NCBI RefSeq assembly: GCF_032191835.1
Contig: NC_083223.1
Span: 143,282,001 to 143,346,000, forward strand
Direction of reading: 5' to 3'
DNA length: 64,000 bases
Origin: Heteronotia binoei
Taxonomy: Eukaryota
The notes beneath the pieces were generated by a model. It saw nothing but the letters and a program-made list of their open reading frames with translations. It made no database searches and was not told where the DNA came from. Of the stretch, positions 1 through 13,300 are shown piece after piece (position 1 is the stretch's first letter; each line of letters starts with the position of its first letter). The translations under genes and the position numbers were made by a program.

Positions 1-1230
1 ATTTTACCAACTTGTCAACAAGGATAGTATGTGGAACTTTATCAAAAGCCTTACTGAAATCAAGATAAACGATATCTACAGCATTTCCCTGATCCAGCAA
101 GGTAGTCACTTTCTCAAAAAAAGAGATCAGATTAGTCTGACATGACTTGTTCTTGAGAAAACCAAGCTGGCTCTTAGTAATCACATCCATTCTTTCTAAA
201 TGTTCCAGGACCGAGTGTTTGATGATTTGTTCTAAAACTTTTCCAGATATAGATGTCAAGCTGATGGGTTGGTAGTTACCCAGATCATCTTTTTTCCCCT
301 TCTTGAAGAGGGGGACAACATTCGCCCGCCTCCAGTCTTCTGGCATCTCTCCTGTTCGCCAAGATTTCTCAAAAATAATAGCCAGAGGCTCAGAAATTAC
401 ATCCACAAGCTCTTTTAGAGCCCTTGAATGCAATTCATCTGGCCCTGAGGACTTAATTTCATTTAAAGAAACTAGGTGTTTATGTACTACCTCTATGCTG
501 ATCCTAGGTTGGAACTTCATACCCTCCTTATATGTTCTGTTTTTGTCATGTTGAGCACTTTTTCCCTCAGAAGAGAAGACTGAGGAAAAGTAGGAATTGA
601 GCAGTTCTGCCCTCTCTTCATTACCTGTTACAATTTCACTTTCTTGCCCTCTGTCAAGCATACAGACTTCAAAATAACCAACTGATGATTTTGAAACAAA
701 GTATTGGTTTATTGTAAATCCATTGTGCTCATGGTAAGACCATATTGAAAGTGATACAGTTTGACACACAATAGTTGGCTTTAAGGGATACATCAAAGAG
801 ATACTAAAAAACGCATGTGAAAAGCTACAATCACAGGTTCAGCTATCTTTTGTGGTTAGAAACATCCTGGGTCTCGGGCTCAGGCCTGGGAATCGTCCCA
901 GGGAGGCACTATCTTCAAAGCTGGCATTTCTACATTTGTTACAGTAGGTGCGAACTTGAGAATGGTTTACATAGCTTTGATATGCAACAGTACAGTAAGA
1001 TAATAAACAATACAGCTTTCTACTGAGAATAAAATGTATGCTTGACACCCTCGCAATGTGTCTGCCATGTCCTTGCTCTTTTTCTTAATCTGAACATAAG
1101 AAAAGAACCCTTTTTTGTTGTTTTTAGCATCTTTGGCCAGCCTAAACTCATACTGAGCTTTAGATTTCCTTTTTCTCTACAGGCACTGGTGATTTGTTTA
1201 TATTCATCCTTGGTTATAAGACCTTCCTTC
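1..1230 (-). mobile_element. CR1-clade LINE, ORF2 fragment (tether plus RT N-terminus), continuing past window start; split by a solo LTR
   Basis: The minus strand translates to CR1 ORF2 motifs WKEGLITKDEY, EERAELLNSYFSSVF, EDWRRANVVPLFKKG and VYLDFSKAFDKVPH. The reading is interrupted at 647-1052. Confidence 0.92.
652..1047. mobile_element. Solo LTR (396 bp) inserted in CR1
   Basis: TG...CA ends with a perfect 13-bp inverted repeat (tgtcaagcataca 652-664, tgtatgcttgaca 1035-1047). 5-bp TSD ccctc at 647-651 and 1048-1052. CR1 sequence rejoins across it. Confidence 0.85.
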
Positions 1231-1294
1231 CAACAAACTACAGCACAAACTGCAACAGAACAAACTGCAGCAAGTTCCCACCCCATCCTATTGT

Positions 1295-1383
1295 CTGATG
1301 AAGTGTGCTTTTAGCACACAAAAGTTAACATTCTGAATAAAACTTTGTTGGTCTTTAAAGGTGCTTCCTGCTTTATTCTGCAG
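1295..1383 (+). mobile_element. Penelope-like element terminal-repeat remnant with a degenerate hammerhead-like core
   Basis: ctgatga-a-gtgtgc-tttta-gcacac-aaaag followed by tctgaataaaactttgttggtctttaaaggtgc. Family assigned from recall of the PLE terminal repeat of reptiles, not by search. Confidence 0.5.
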
Positions 1384-1789
1384 CAGCTTTGATTTGTATC
1401 AGATGGAGGTGGAAAACCCCAGTTGGGGAAGGAGGAAACCACACAGCACCTCCATAGCAGCACCTCCATAAGAGCCCGGCTGCTGTGACAAAGCATGACC
1501 CAACAAAGCAAAAGGCAGCTCTGAGTGCCAAGTAAGCCACGGAATTTCCTTCCCGAGGGTGTCTGGCTAACAGAACTGTCAAGCACTCAAGAGAGGTTGA
1601 GCATGCACACTGTGATTTTGCTGATCTGCGGGGAGGTGGGGGGGAGAGGAAGCAAGGTGTACATTGGCATGCTAGTGCAAGCGATAAGCAGCTCCCTCAA
1701 AATGGGAAAGGTTTATATCTCCCTTAACATCAACAGACTTTTGATAGCCACTGACACTGGCAGTAACCAGATCAGAACAGGGAGAGGTA

Positions 1790-2357
1790 GGATGCCATGC
1801 AAGCGCCAGTCTGGCCCCATTCAGGCTTTCTGAGGAGCCCGGTGTGCAAACGACCGGCCCTGCTCCGCCTCCCCGCAGCACAGGGAAGCGAAGCGGGGTG
1901 GATGGCCTGGTTTACAAGGCAGGCTCCTCTTGAGGAGCCCAGAGTGCAAGCGCCCAGCCCGCTCCTCCTCCCTGCAATGCGGGGAAGTGAAGAGGGGCTG
2001 GATGCCTTGAGTGACATCATTGGCTGTGTGTGCTCCCTGCCAGCACTCAGCACGGCTCTCCCCTGCTTCACAGGGAGTCAGTCAGCTCTCTTAGAAGCAG
2101 GGGAAGGCTGTGCTGAGCGCTGGCGGGGAGCGTCATCAGGCACAGGAAGGTGCTGGCAAGGGCGGACAGCAGCAGGGGCAACAGTGGTGGGGGTGGGGAG
2201 GCGGGCGGGGAGGTGGTGGACAGCAGCACATGTGGGGAGGCAGCAGCAGCAGTTGGACGGTGGCAGGCATGGGGAGAGGGGGCACCTCATGATGCCCTTG
2301 GGTCAAGTGGTGCCTGAGGCGGCTGCCTACTTGGCCTACTCCCATGCGCTCGCCCTG
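1790..2357. repeat. GC-rich degenerate repeat, probably a non-autonomous hAT derivative
   Basis: Two similar units about 100 bp apart (1863-1913, 1963-2010). Ends in gcgctcgccctg, resembling a CAGGGCCGGC-type TIR. Left end not found. Confidence 0.3.
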
Positions 2358-2374
2358 AGAACAGGCAATCTATC

Positions 2375-3197
2375 TAGGGTTGCCAAGTCCAAATCAAAAA
2401 ATATTTGGGGACTTTGGGGGTGGAGCCATAAGCAAAGTTGTGACAAGCACAACTGAACTCCAAAGGGAGTTCTGGCCATTCCATTTAAAGGAACCGCACA
2501 CCTTTTAAATGCCTTCCCTACATTAGAAATCATGAAGGATTGGGCACCTTCTTTTGGGGCTCATAGAATTGAACCCTCTGGTCCAATCTTTTTGAAACTT
2601 GGAGCGCATTTTGAGGAGAGGCATTAGATGATATGCTGAGAATTTGGTGCCTCTAGCACAAAAAACAGCCTCTCCAGAGTCCCAGATCAATTCTTCATTA
2701 TTCCCCATAGGAATCGATTTCCATAGGGAATAATGAAGTGCCCAGCAGACATTTCCCTCCCCACCCCATTTCTGATGACTGTGAAGTGGGGGAGGGCCTG
2801 CTCCCACCTGGGGATTGGCATCTCTACTCATGAGTTGCTGAATTTCCAACTTCTTCAAAATAACACAGAGCAAATGACCTCTGAAAAGATTGTGTGACCA
2901 AGGAAGGGTCTGGGCTGCAAACGACCTCTGCAAAGATTGTGCAACCAACGGAGGGTCTGGGCTGCTTTTGCAGCCATGTTATTCTGCCTGCTCCCCTGCC
3001 CCGCTTCAGCCTTAAAGACACAGAGGCACCATCCCAAGAGGAAGTCTTCGGAGTGGAGTCTGAAGCCTCCAGAGGTGGAAAGGTACATGGTGGCTGTAGG
3101 GGGGCGGGGCTTCCCCCACCGGCCAGCTGACTGGGAGCAGGAAGTAGCCAGGGAAAGCTGGAGAACCCCCGCTGGGACCTGGGGATTGGCAAGCCTA
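2375..3197. mobile_element. hAT-type MITE (TAGGGTTGCCA TIR)
   Basis: TIRs tagggttgcca and tggcaagccta. Perfect 8-bp TSD aatctatc (2367-2374, 3198-3205). Internal tandem 47-bp units at 2872-2918 and 2919-2965. Confidence 0.88.
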
Positions 3198-4396
3198 AAT
3201 CTATCAGAGATGCAACATTTTGAATAAAATGCTTTAAAACATTTTAATTTGATCCCTGTCTACCCCAATATTAATTCTGGATAACAATACTGCCTTCTAT
3301 GGAATTGCTCAGAATTTCTGTTGATGTAAATCAGAATACCGTTTAAGCATTGGAGTTTAGTCAGTCTTTATGGTGGGACACAACAGACTCTGTTGTTGGA
3401 TACAAGCAGAAGAAATATATTATCCTCTTTGACTTCTGTTGTGAACCATTAAAGATGGGTTCCTAGAACAAAGCTTGAAGGTTTTTTTTCACGTTTCAAA
3501 GATAACTGTCCCTTGTGAGCTTTTCATAGTTTGACCTGCTGCTGTCTTCCCTTTGGCAGTAGTTTTTTAAAAAAGTTTACACACCACATTTTTGTCTGTT
3601 ATCCTACTCATAGCCAAATAATAGGATTCCCTTAAGAAACAAACCCTTAAGAAGTGATTTGGATGCTAAGTCCACCCTACAAAATAGCCCCAGGCTACTT
3701 TTGCCATGTTACAGTATGTGACACGACCTGGTTGATGAAAGCAGTACATTAGAAACTATAGCTGCTACAAAATAGGGTAGTTATTTCAAGGAAAAATATG
3801 TATACACATTTAAAACATCAGCATGTTTAAAATATTGCCCTCGTATACATTTATGACCAGCCCACGTTATTTTTAAAGCACCACATTATGTGTTGTAAAA
3901 TGAATCCCTATTTTAGAAAAATCAACATACTGATATGAAATCCTCAAAGACTTGGTTGAGCTCATTGAGTACACTAAAAGCTTTAGCTCTGGAAAAAGGA
4001 GGTGAGACTCCAGGTTTTCAGGCACAGGACATGCCTAGGATCCATATTTATTAATCTCTATTTAAATGGAAAATAAGTTAATGCAGTTGATACTTCCCGA
4101 AATGCCTATAAAATACAACTGCAGCATATCAATATAAAACATTTTATTCCATGAACCCCCCCCCCCGTGTATAATGACAACAGGGATTCTGTGAGATTGA
4201 CAACGTTCTCCAGAAAGGAATTGTTTCTGACAGTTAGATGGGGATCTGGATTACATGGGTTATAATTTGTATGTCTGGATGTGCTGTGAATGATCCTGCT
4301 TTTTTTGCACAAATAATCTTTCCTTATATAAAAGTGTTTAAAATAATAAACTATTTAAAATAACGAATAAACAAACTACATAAAAGGAGCTTGGGG

Positions 4397-4455
4397 TAGG
4401 GTTGCCAGGTCCAACTCAGGAAACACCTTGGGACTTTGGGGTGTAGAGACTGGAT
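4397..4455. mobile_element. hAT MITE left-end fragment
   Basis: tagggttgccaggtccaactcaggaaacacc...ggactttggg matches the start of the 2375 element. Confidence 0.6.
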
Positions 4456-7158
4456 ACTTTCCAATCCCCTAAGTAAATAAATAAAAATACAGCAGTGCAA
4501 TTCCCCTGAATACAGTCTTCATTTCCTCATCCTCTTTTTTTTTTGCCTTAAGAGGGTTCCTCAGCAACTGCACTTCTACTAAATGAAAGTGAAATTTGCC
4601 ATACCCCCACAAGTCCCTTGCCAGGCTTTGGTAGCATTTCCAAGCATAGCTTTATTAAGGGGTGCACACACACACACTGAAAAAAAAATCTCCCGCTGTC
4701 AGTTGGAGTGGCAACAATGTTTAATTAATATTACAGGGTGGGATGAACCAACTATGTCAGAAAGCAATAGTAATTGTCAGTAGCAGTAGTAATCTCAATA
4801 GCAGTAGTAATTCCTCAGAAAATACATGGTATAAAAAATGGTTGAGAAGGACATTACAGTGACCAATTACACTAGGAATGAAAATGGCATTCAGCTTAGT
4901 AGAAAAATAAATATAAATAAATATAATTATTTAAAATAATATAATAACATAATAATAATGATTATATATATTATTTAAAATAATATAATCAACAACTGAT
5001 AAACTGTGCAGACCAAAGCATCACAAAGTCCAAGGCTGGATCCTTAGCACACCATATACAGAGGATAATCATAATCCATGCCAAAGAACAAATATAGAAG
5101 AAAAAATCCTTTCTGATCTCACTTATCCCACCTAGGGATTGGATAATTTATGCCACCTAGGCCCTTTCTGTATACACAGTTTACTTCTGATTTTCACTGA
5201 AGTCAAGTTGGTTGTGGTTTACTTCGAATGCTGTGATTGTACTCTGCATCTTTTTCTCTCTCTCCGATTTCTATTGAGAATTGTGGTATATTTATTCTGC
5301 ATACCAATGAGGAAACCTGGCTAGAGCTGTGGAGTTAGTCTCACCTGATTGGTTAGTTTTGCATTGGGCATGACTTTTGAAATAGGAGATTCTTCCAGCT
5401 GAATTCTCCCCACCACTACCACCACCACATCAGTAGTCATAGTCAAGGAGTTTAATGCTAATCCGGGATGGTGGAGGAAAAAAAATCACTGGCAGGCTCT
5501 GCTTTAAAGGTTTAGTGAGAGGAGATGCTGACCAATTGGCCAGAGAGGCAGTGGGGAGGCTGCTGTGTGGCTGCTTGGTGGAGGAGATTCACAAGGGGGG
5601 GAGGTGAAGGCATTAATGCTTTGCAGTCTGAGCCCCCCCCCCATAGTAATTTACAAATGAGATGACAAAAGGAGAAGACTAGATGTTGAGGAACCACTTA
5701 AAAAACAAAAAAACAAAAAACAGGCTGCTGCTTCCCCAGAGCAGCTTCCACAGCATTATCCTCACATTTGAAATGCTCAGTATCAGAGTCAATTTAAAGA
5801 GAAACTTCCCACCCCACACACACACAAAAAGCAAAACTGCCCGAACAGGGAATCATACTAACAACCTCACTGTTAACAGCATTGTATCTTAAGCAACCAA
5901 GCTAAATGGTTGCTCCTGAAAACAAGCCAGAGAAAGGCAATTACTTTCCTAATCTCCTATTTCAAAAGACATGCCTAGTGCAAAATTGACCAATAAGGAG
6001 AGACCAACTGGCCTGAAAGGGGAGGAAATTTGTCTGCTTTTAAAGGCTTGGAAGTGAACTAAAAGGAGGAGAGGAAAATACTCCTCTGAAAAAACACTCT
6101 TGGAAACTACAGAGATGCAGTGGAGAGACAGCAGAATGCTTGAAAAGGATATGGAAGGAATTAAAAAATCTGATGGGAAAGAGAGGTGAGTTGCAATTTT
6201 TTGAAGTGAAAGAGATGCAAGGAGAAATGTGGTAAACACAAATGCAGAAAAGGCCTGGAATTACAGTTGATTTTTTTTTATACACAGAGACCACGTATCC
6301 TGGACTTTTGCTTTTTTCTGCTGCTACAGTCTCCCATTCCTGCCCTGTCCCCTGCTTTCCCAATTTTAGCATAAGAAGAAAAATGGGAGGGGGGCAGTGT
6401 TGATAGTGATGTTCTAGGATTTCTCCCCAGTCTCTCTAGAAAATCTCTCAATCTCATAGAGATTCGGGAAATTCCTAGAGCGTTGCTCAGAGGTGCTGCT
6501 ACACCCTTCACCTGGAAATAACATAACATTTGATGATCCAGGATTTCCCCCATTCTCTATGGTTTAATCCACAGAGATTGGGAGAATTCTTAGAGGGATA
6601 TAGAGGAAGTAAAGTCACCCCCAAATTCCACCATCCACAGCTACACCATAGGACAGGATCATGTGTTTTGGGGAGGTCCATATATAGACCTCCACATAAG
6701 ATATGTAGCTGATGGGAAGGGCAGACATAATCTACTGCCACCACTTGAGTCAATTTGTTTAAACCAGACCTCTATGTAGCAGAGAGGGAAGAGAAAAGGG
6801 GGCACAAACATTAGGACACATACCTCATTGGAGGAAGCCATGCATAAAAAAAAAACTCCCTGCACACACACACACGAAGATCAATCTGTAACTGACTGTG
6901 AACAATCAATTGAAATAATCCATCTTCAGCAGGCACTGCCACCTGGATACAAGGTGGCGGCTATGAGCATGAGACAGCAGCACCGGCTGTAAATGTTGGG
7001 GGCAGTGGTTTACATTAGGGTAAGATCAGAGAGGCATCAAAACATACTAAGGATTATCACTGAAATGCAAGATGAAACAAAAGCACAATCAAGTAATTTG
7101 TATCTCAGCCCATGTATCAAAAGATTATCACAAGAAGGCTGTATTTCTTGTAAATAAA

Positions 7159-7422
7159 GACCGATTTCGCACTCAGTTTACCCTGCGGTCACGTTCCTCT
7201 TCTCTGCACAGCGTTCGTCGAATTTCCCATTATCTGCGCCGGAGTTACATGAAGTGTTGTGGCTTTCATGCAGCAAATGGAAACTGGTTTTTAGCGGTTT
7301 CCATTTGCTGCGCGAAAGCCACAACACTTCCTGTAACTCTGGCACAGATAGTAGGAAATCCAATGGACGCTGCGCAGAGAAGAGGAACGTGACCGTGGGA
7401 TAAGCAGAGTGCAAAATCGGTC
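7159..7422. mobile_element. Palindromic MITE, PIF/Harbinger-like
   Basis: The whole element is an imperfect inverted repeat (gaccgatttcgcact...agtgcaaaatcggtc). 3-bp aaa on both flanks. Related to 63501-63765. Confidence 0.75.
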
Positions 7423-8382
7423 AAAGACACTGACAAATGAATAGTATTGTAATAATTTTTATACAAAATAGCTAATATTCCACATACTTCAAATTAGTAA
7501 TGCTATTATGCAGTTTTCATTTATTCACTACTGCTCTCTTTTTAATTTAATTGTATCTTCAAAGCCACAAATCAGCTCTTGCTCTCTTTGTTGCCCAACA
7601 GACCTAGGAGAACTTTTGTTCAATGATTTAATACCTTTGCAAAAATAAAAAATGGGCTGCATTTGCATAACATATAATGCTGCAGAATATTCATCTTTGC
7701 ATAATGTCTTGTTTCAGTAAAACGACAAAGGGAAGGAGAACAACATTTAAAAAAAAAACTTGCTGGACATTGCAATATCTTTATTCTGGCAGGCATAATT
7801 ACTTTATTTCCCCACTGAACCAGGCAAAAAGGTAAATTACCAGTGCAATCCTTCTAAAGGCATGGAAGGGTGCAGTTCTGTTTTGGATTGTACTGTACTT
7901 AACAGAAGTACATTCTCTGTCATAGCACAGTGGTTTCAAATTCTGAATTCAAATCTACATCAAAGCATGGTTCTTTGTGCAGTGTCACAATTATCGGTCA
8001 GAGTCCTTCTGAAATCTTAAAAGAATGCCACCCTGTTTCTGTCTTTACTTGGAAGACAGTGGTGGGGGGGGAAACAGCCTCCCACAGAGCATTATGTTGT
8101 GGAGAGCTTTGAACTTTAAAGAAAATACAGAAAACATATTCTTTCAGCAACTAATAATGTGGAAAAGCATCATACTGGGAAGCAAGGTAATGGATATTTA
8201 CAATGAACTAAACAAACAGTTTTTGGTTTGTTTGCTGTTGTTGTTTTAAATAAAATACAGAGCACAGAATGCTTGGTGCCAGCATCAGGTTCTGTGCAAA
8301 ATGAACAATGAACTCTAGAACTAGCACATTTCTAGAGCATTTTATTTTCAAATAATTTATTCTGGATTTTATTATTGAATTG

Positions 8383-8580
8383 TACACATGAAACTGCCTT
8401 ATGAGTCAAAACCACTCATCTTGCAAGATCAATATTGTCTATGACTGGCAGTGGCTCTCCAGGGGCTTGGACAGAGGTATTCCACCTACTATTTGATCCT
8501 TTTAAACTGGAGATTCTGGGGACTGAACCTGGGACCTTTTACTAGCAAAGTAGATGCATTATCACTGAGATTAAACACCT
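8383..8580 (-). mobile_element. tRNA-derived SINE (Squam3-like)
   Basis: The reverse complement has a tRNA-like head (ctcagtgataatgc...ggttcagtcccc) and a tail shared with 55510-55640 and about 37535-37590. Confidence 0.6.
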
Positions 8581-8629
8581 CCCCAATTGCTTCCCTCCCC
8601 CCAAAACTAACCTTGCACTGTATGTGACT

Positions 8630-8710
8630 GATAATTTTATTTTTTATTATTTTATTTTTGCTGATTTCTAGTCCGCCCTTTCTCAGGTCGGGCTCAGGGC
8701 GGATTACAAT
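8630..8710 (-). mobile_element. L2 3' end fragment
   Basis: Reverse complement tgtaatccgccctgagcccg...gggcggactagaaat plus an A-rich tail; same 3' motif as the L2 at 47296-47373. Confidence 0.7.
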
Positions 8711-9480
8711 AATGTTTACTCTTGACTCTCTTACACAATATGATCTAACAGTTTTACATATTAGTTGCATATCCATGATACACTGCATTTAGAACGACCA
8801 CAGACAATCTATATTGTTGCTGTTGTTTTAGAATACTACTTGAATCTCACCCTGGTAATAGAACTTCTGAGCTGCTGCCTCAATAGAGTAGCTAAAAGGA
8901 TTCAGCATTTTGGTGCCTTAAATCAAGCAGAAAGAATACTAGTTTAACTATCTAACATGTTTCAAAGACCTGTGTTAATTGTCACAAACCTTAAGTTCAA
9001 GAGTCAAAGGTGATCTACTGCAATATGAGCACATCATAGTTCAGGCCTTTAGTTCATCAGAATCTAAGCTAGCCCCTTCTCCAGTCTCTTTTATTATTCA
9101 TGTTAACCCTTGAGAGGAATCAGGGGTGCTTTGCCTCACAAATGACAGTTGGAATTCTACTAATCCAACCTGAATCACAATCATTTGTTAATATTGTAAA
9201 TGTTTTGAATCTGACAGTGATACTGGAATCTCACAGACTGGTTCCATAGGCAGTAGGAGAGGGGAGAAGAGACAGTGAAACAGCATTAGCAGCTATGTGC
9301 AAGACAGAGATTTGATTCCTATGCATGACATGGAGATAATCTAACCAAAAGAACTTGTTGATATTCCGGCCAAACAGGATAGGCCTTTGGGGGTTCATTG
9401 TTTCCCCTTTCTGCCAATCATTGCTCCATTTCAGTGGCTTTGGAAGGCCTTTGAAAATTGACTCAGTATAAATTGCAATA

Positions 9481-9778
9481 GGAGACCCTGTAGCACAGAG
9501 TGGTAAAGTGCCGTACTGCAGTCCAAACTCTGCTCATGACCCGAGTTTGATCCCAGAGGAAGCTGGGTTCAGGTAGCCGTCTTAAGGTTGACTCAGCTTT
9601 CCAACCTTCGGAGGCTAGTAATATGAGTATCCAGTTGCTGGGGGTAAAGTGTAGATGACTGGGGAAGACAATGGCAAACCAACCCATTAAAAGTCTGCCA
9701 AGAAAACGTCATGATGTGATGTCACTCCATGGGTCAGTAATTACTTGGTGCTTGCACAGGGGACTACCTTTATCTTTT
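9481..9778 (+). mobile_element. Sauria-type SINE
   Basis: tRNA-like head (gagtttgatccc), ggttgactcagc core, BovB/RTE-like ggcaaacc tail ending ctacctttatctttt. 13-bp TSD with 2 mismatches (9467-9479, 9779-9791). Confidence 0.85.
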
Positions 9779-10307
9779 TATAAGTTGGAATGGCAGTGTG
9801 ATTTCCCTTCACTGCTTCCAGTACCAGAACAACTGGTCAGGAAGTATATATCATAAGGGTTCTGGAATCTGGAGCTTGTTTTGCTTAGTTTCATTGCTAG
9901 TGACTGTACATGTGTTACTGATTATTACTGTGTGCTTGAACAAGTCCAGATTCTGATAGATGATTTTTTTTCCTTATTCCTCGTCACTCCCTTTTTACTA
10001 TTAGTTCTAGTATAAGTTGTATCTCTTTATTCCATTGCTTTATCACATGCAGTGTGCACCACTGAAAAACTGTAGTGTCATTTGTGTGCATTATAGTGAC
10101 TGAGTGGAGAGCACACAAATCATCATCCACAGTGTGTTTGTCGAGGAATGTAATTCTTTTATTCACTGTTTTCACCAACTTTACCAGAATTTATTTTGCA
10201 CCAATGTTCTTTTTTTTAAAACTTTAATAGAAAAACATACAACCAAACTATAAAACATAATAGCCAGGAATACCATCAACACTCTATTACAAACCCTATG
10301 TTCACAG

Positions 10308-13300
10308 TTACCAACCATCTAACTTTAGTTGCACTGAGGTAACTTTATCCTTATTGCACAAAAACTCTAAAACTGGTTTCCATGTTTCATCATATTCTGA
10401 TAAGGAAACTACCGCACAAGAGTCCCCCCAAAATGGATTATGCATAATCCTGCCCATCAAAAATTGTTCCCAGTTTTTGGTACCATTGTCTAAGTAAAGA
10501 ACTTGTGGGAGACTTCCAATTCTTGGCAATAATCAAACGAGCAGAAGCAACCAGTGTTGAGACAAAAGTTTTGATGGCTTTATCTATCATTGAATCAGCC
10601 CAAAGATCCAATAATAAGAATTCTGGGGAATAAGGCAATGGAAGACTCACCATGTTGGAAATCTCTTTATGAATCTCCCTCCAAAAATTCTGAACAATAT
10701 GGCATTCCCACCACATATGTAAGGTGTTGCCTTCCTGCTTACAAGATCTCCAGCATAATGGGCTCAAAGACTTGTTCATTAGACTTAGTTTGTGTAGCGT
10801 TAAATACCAATTGGATAGCAACTTATAAAATTGGAGTTTAATATTCCAACAGCGGGATTTATTGGAGGGAGAGTTCCATATCTGTTTCCAATCAGATTCG
10901 GAGAGGGTAAGTTCTAAAGAATTTGACCATTTTGTTTATATGGGAGAGGGTCCTTATATACTGCTGCTACTAATAATCTATAAAGAGCTGAAATCATGCC
11001 TTGTTTACCTGCATTCCAATTCCGAATTAATTCCTCAAATGAAGTTAATGGCCGGAGTAAGTTTTTAGACCTGATTAGTTTAGTGATAAGATTTTTTAAT
11101 TGGAAATATCTAATCCAGGAAACCTTAATTCCAAACTTCTTTTCCATTGAGGATTTATCTAAGAGTCCCCCACATCTTTAATCCAGTTACTTATAAACAA
11201 CAGACCAAAGGATCTCCATTCCTTAAATTCACCTGGATCCTTCCCTGCTGGAAACCAATCCTGGTTAATGAAGGTCATTAAAGGGAAAATACCTGGAGCT
11301 AAAATTTTCCTGTATTTGTCCCATATTTTTGAGCATGTTGTCCAGTTGGGAGTTAGAGGAAATCAAATTAGGCCTATTTTTAGAAGGGAACCAGATGGTT
11401 ATAGGTAATGAAAATGGTGAGGAAAAAAAGCTTTCTATTGAAATCCAAGCTTCAACCAAATTCAATTTTAGAGCCTGAGTCAATGGAACCAGAGAAGCAG
11501 CAGCATAATATAAAGCTAGGTTTGGGATGTTCAGATCTCCCAAATCTGAAGGCCGGCAGAGTGTTTGAAATCCAACTCTGGGTTTGCGATAAGACCAAAT
11601 GAACTTATTAAGGGCTCTTTGCCAGAGTTAATTTTCTTTAGTAGTATCTTAACAGGCAGGGCACGAAACAAAAACATAAATTTAGGAAGTATGAAAGATT
11701 TAACCAATGAAATTCGATCAAACCAAGAATGACATTGTCTATTCCATTTACAAAAAAGGATAAGCACAGATTTAAATAATTCATTAAAATTAACATGGAC
11801 AATGTCATTAAAAAAATACTAGGATATTAACTCCTAGATATCTCAACTTCTTAGAGACCCACAAAGTTAAATCGTGTTTGTAGCCTGTCTACCAAGTTTG
11901 GGGTCTAATTAATGGGGAGCAGCTCTGATATAGACTGATTAACCACCAAGCCAGAAACTAAACTAAACTTGTGTAAGGTATCTGAAATTACTTCCAGGGA
12001 GTCAACTGGAGAAGAGATATAAATAATAATGTCATCAGCATAGAGCGAGATTTTATATTCGTAGTCTTTCACTTGAATGCCTTTTATCTGAGGGCTCTGT
12101 CTGACGGCTCCTGCTAAAGGCTCTACAGCAAGTGCAAAAAGGAGAGGGGATAGTGGGCATCCTTGCCTAGTACCCCTATTTATATCAAATGCACCAGATT
12201 TCAAATTGTTTGCTTTAACTTGGGCTTTTGTGGAGGAACATAGAGCCTGCAGGGTACACAAAAATTTGGGGCTGAAACCCATTTGTCTAAAAAGGGAAAG
12301 AAAATAAGACTTTTCTATGGAGTCAAATGCTTTAGCCATATCTAGACTCACTACAACCACCTCTTTTTGCCGAGTTTTACGAAAATTAATTATATTTAGT
12401 GTACGTCTGATATTGTCCGTTAAATTTCTATTGGGTATAAAACCCATTTGATCTGATTTAATAAGCTTCTCAACATTTTTTTTAGATGATTTGTCAATAC
12501 AGAAGTGAAAATTTTGTAATCCGTATTCAATAATGCTATTGGGCAGTATGATGCTGGGTCTAAGGAGTTCTTACCTTCTTTTAGAATGGGGACAATTGAT
12601 GCTGTTCTCCAAGAGAGAGGACATCCCCCCTCTGGAGGATATTATTACATACATTAGTTAGGGGAACTAATAAGTGAGCAGAAAAAAACTATAAAATTCG
12701 GCCCTGAAACCATCATTTCCTGGAGCTGAATTGGCCTTCACGTTTTTAATAGAGTCTAGTATCTCCTGTGAAGTTATAGGGTTGTCCATAAGGCATCGAT
12801 CTGAATCTGATAAGGAAGGGAAAGAAAAGTGTTAGAGGTAAAGAAATCCTCAATTGCTTGTTCTTTTGGCCGTGAAGTGAATATAACTTTTCATAATAAT
12901 CTGCAAAGACATTCATAATCTCCCTGGATGAGTATTTCTTTTCTTCCTTAGAATCCAACAAGCCCTGGATGTGGTGAGATTTTATCTCCTTTTTAGTTTT
13001 CCAAGCCAGAAGCTTTAAAGATTTGGGGGAGTGATTCTAATTTTGTTTTGTAAAAATGAGCTGCCTTTGGATCCATTGTGAGTCAAATGCATCTAACAAT
13101 TTATGCTCAGCTAACAATTTTTTATAGATCCCCCCCTCTTAATTTATGCTCCTGTTCTAACTTGGCTATGTTAACTATCATGTGCTCTCTAATCTTTGTT
13201 CTCTCTTTTTAAAAATGGGATGCCAGTGAGATCAATTTTCCTTGCATAGTTGCCTTCATAGCATCCCAATAGATGGCATCTGATATATCCACAGATTCAA

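Noticed and set aside
1797-2456. 219-aa ORF
   Set aside because: Starts at an internal ATG in low-complexity GC-rich repeat sequence and runs into a MITE. No domain signature.
4900-4995. AT-rich direct repeat
   Set aside because: Low complexity.
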